Source of the DNA: Octopus bimaculoides
Taxonomy: Eukaryota
Direction of reading: 5' to 3'
Assembly (NCBI RefSeq): GCF_001194135.2
Contig: NC_068985.1
Location: 120,360,023 to 120,424,022, forward strand
Length of the DNA: 64,000 nucleotides
A program made the translations under genes and the position numbers. Numbering within the stretch: position 1 is the first letter of the stretch; each line of letters starts with the position of its first letter. Of the stretch, positions 63,290 to 64,000 are shown piece by piece. The notes under the pieces were generated by a model that made no database searches, was not told where the DNA came from, and was given only the letters and a program-made list of their open reading frames with translations.

Positions 63290-64000
63290 AATGTTAATAT
63301 CCCATTACTAATATTAAGAAGCTCGTATGATCACCTTTTAGAAGTACTGTGATGTTGCTTGTAAGATGAAGTTTTTTCACGTCTCCAAAGGTAAGATTTT
63401 TGAAGCATGCATTGACCTCATCAGATTTTTGATCCTTTGGAGATAACTAGCAACCGTTGACGAAAATCTCCTTCAAGAACTGTTACTCCTCCCATGAGCG
63501 TGCTATTGTTTTTATGTCTTGGAGGGTACGGTCAAGTACCTCTGTGGCTCCACGATGTTACTGTTGGAGAACTGTTGCCATTGCAGAGTTTTGGGAAATT
63601 TTTGCACATTCAAGATTCTTTCATGGCAAGGTTTAGAGGGAGCTTGAACAAGGAATAAGCAGTTCTTCCGCCATTGAGCAAGGTAGCTGCAATACCAGAA
63701 GATGCAACATTGGAAAAAGGTTAGATTTTATTTCCTCCCCTTTAGGATTGCAGGTGAAATTGACAAAAAGATCTGATATTCCATATGTCCTGACATATGT
63801 AATAGAAGGTTGTGTTCGTTCGTGCATATATCGAAGACCACCTGTGAATGATGAGGTAAGGATTATAAGTTGCCCCATGTTTTGAATATTACCATTTGTC
63901 TTCAGAGCATCTTTGAGATGAATATAATTTTTAGACCTTAGCTTTTTTGTTATTGTTATGAATATAGAGGAGACGCTGACTCTCATCTGTAGCATACATA
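63290..64000 (-). mobile_element. Internally deleted Helitron RepHel (Rep segment joined to PIF1 helicase)
   Basis: LRSKNYIHLKDA..GQLIILTSSFTGGLRYMHERTQ..TYVRTYG.SDLF..FTCNP, then VASSGIAATLLNGGRTAYSLFKLPL, DRTLQDI..LMGGVTVL.GDFRQ and DEVNACFK..LW. Confidence 0.92.

Overview
AT-rich eukaryotic DNA dense in microsatellites and containing many N gaps. The SINE families, TTAGGG-type repeat and repeat landscape suggest an octopus or other cephalopod genome (inference). I recognise no intact host gene, RNA gene or CRISPR array. Most track ORFs are microsatellite or N-gap artefacts, or fragments of decayed transposons. Supported content: (1) four Penelope-like element (PLE) remnants with RT and/or GIY-YIG motifs, one with a ~610 bp inverted duplication; (2) several type I hammerhead ribozyme (HHR) motifs in PLE-type termini, in a foldback and in a small direct-repeat-bounded element; (3) a CR1 LINE 3' end whose tail stem-loop is shared with a SINE; (4) a stack of R4/Dong-like LINE ends in (TAA)n; (5) a Hero-like fragment; (6) two Helitron fragments; (7) a Tc1 element with long TIRs; (8) several MITE/foldback palindromes; (9) a 42-bp minisatellite with a higher-order repeat; (10) three SINE families. 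Weak splice and promoter signals suggest the window could lie in a large intron. The most interesting signals are the HHR modules. All identities were estimated by eye and no searches were run.
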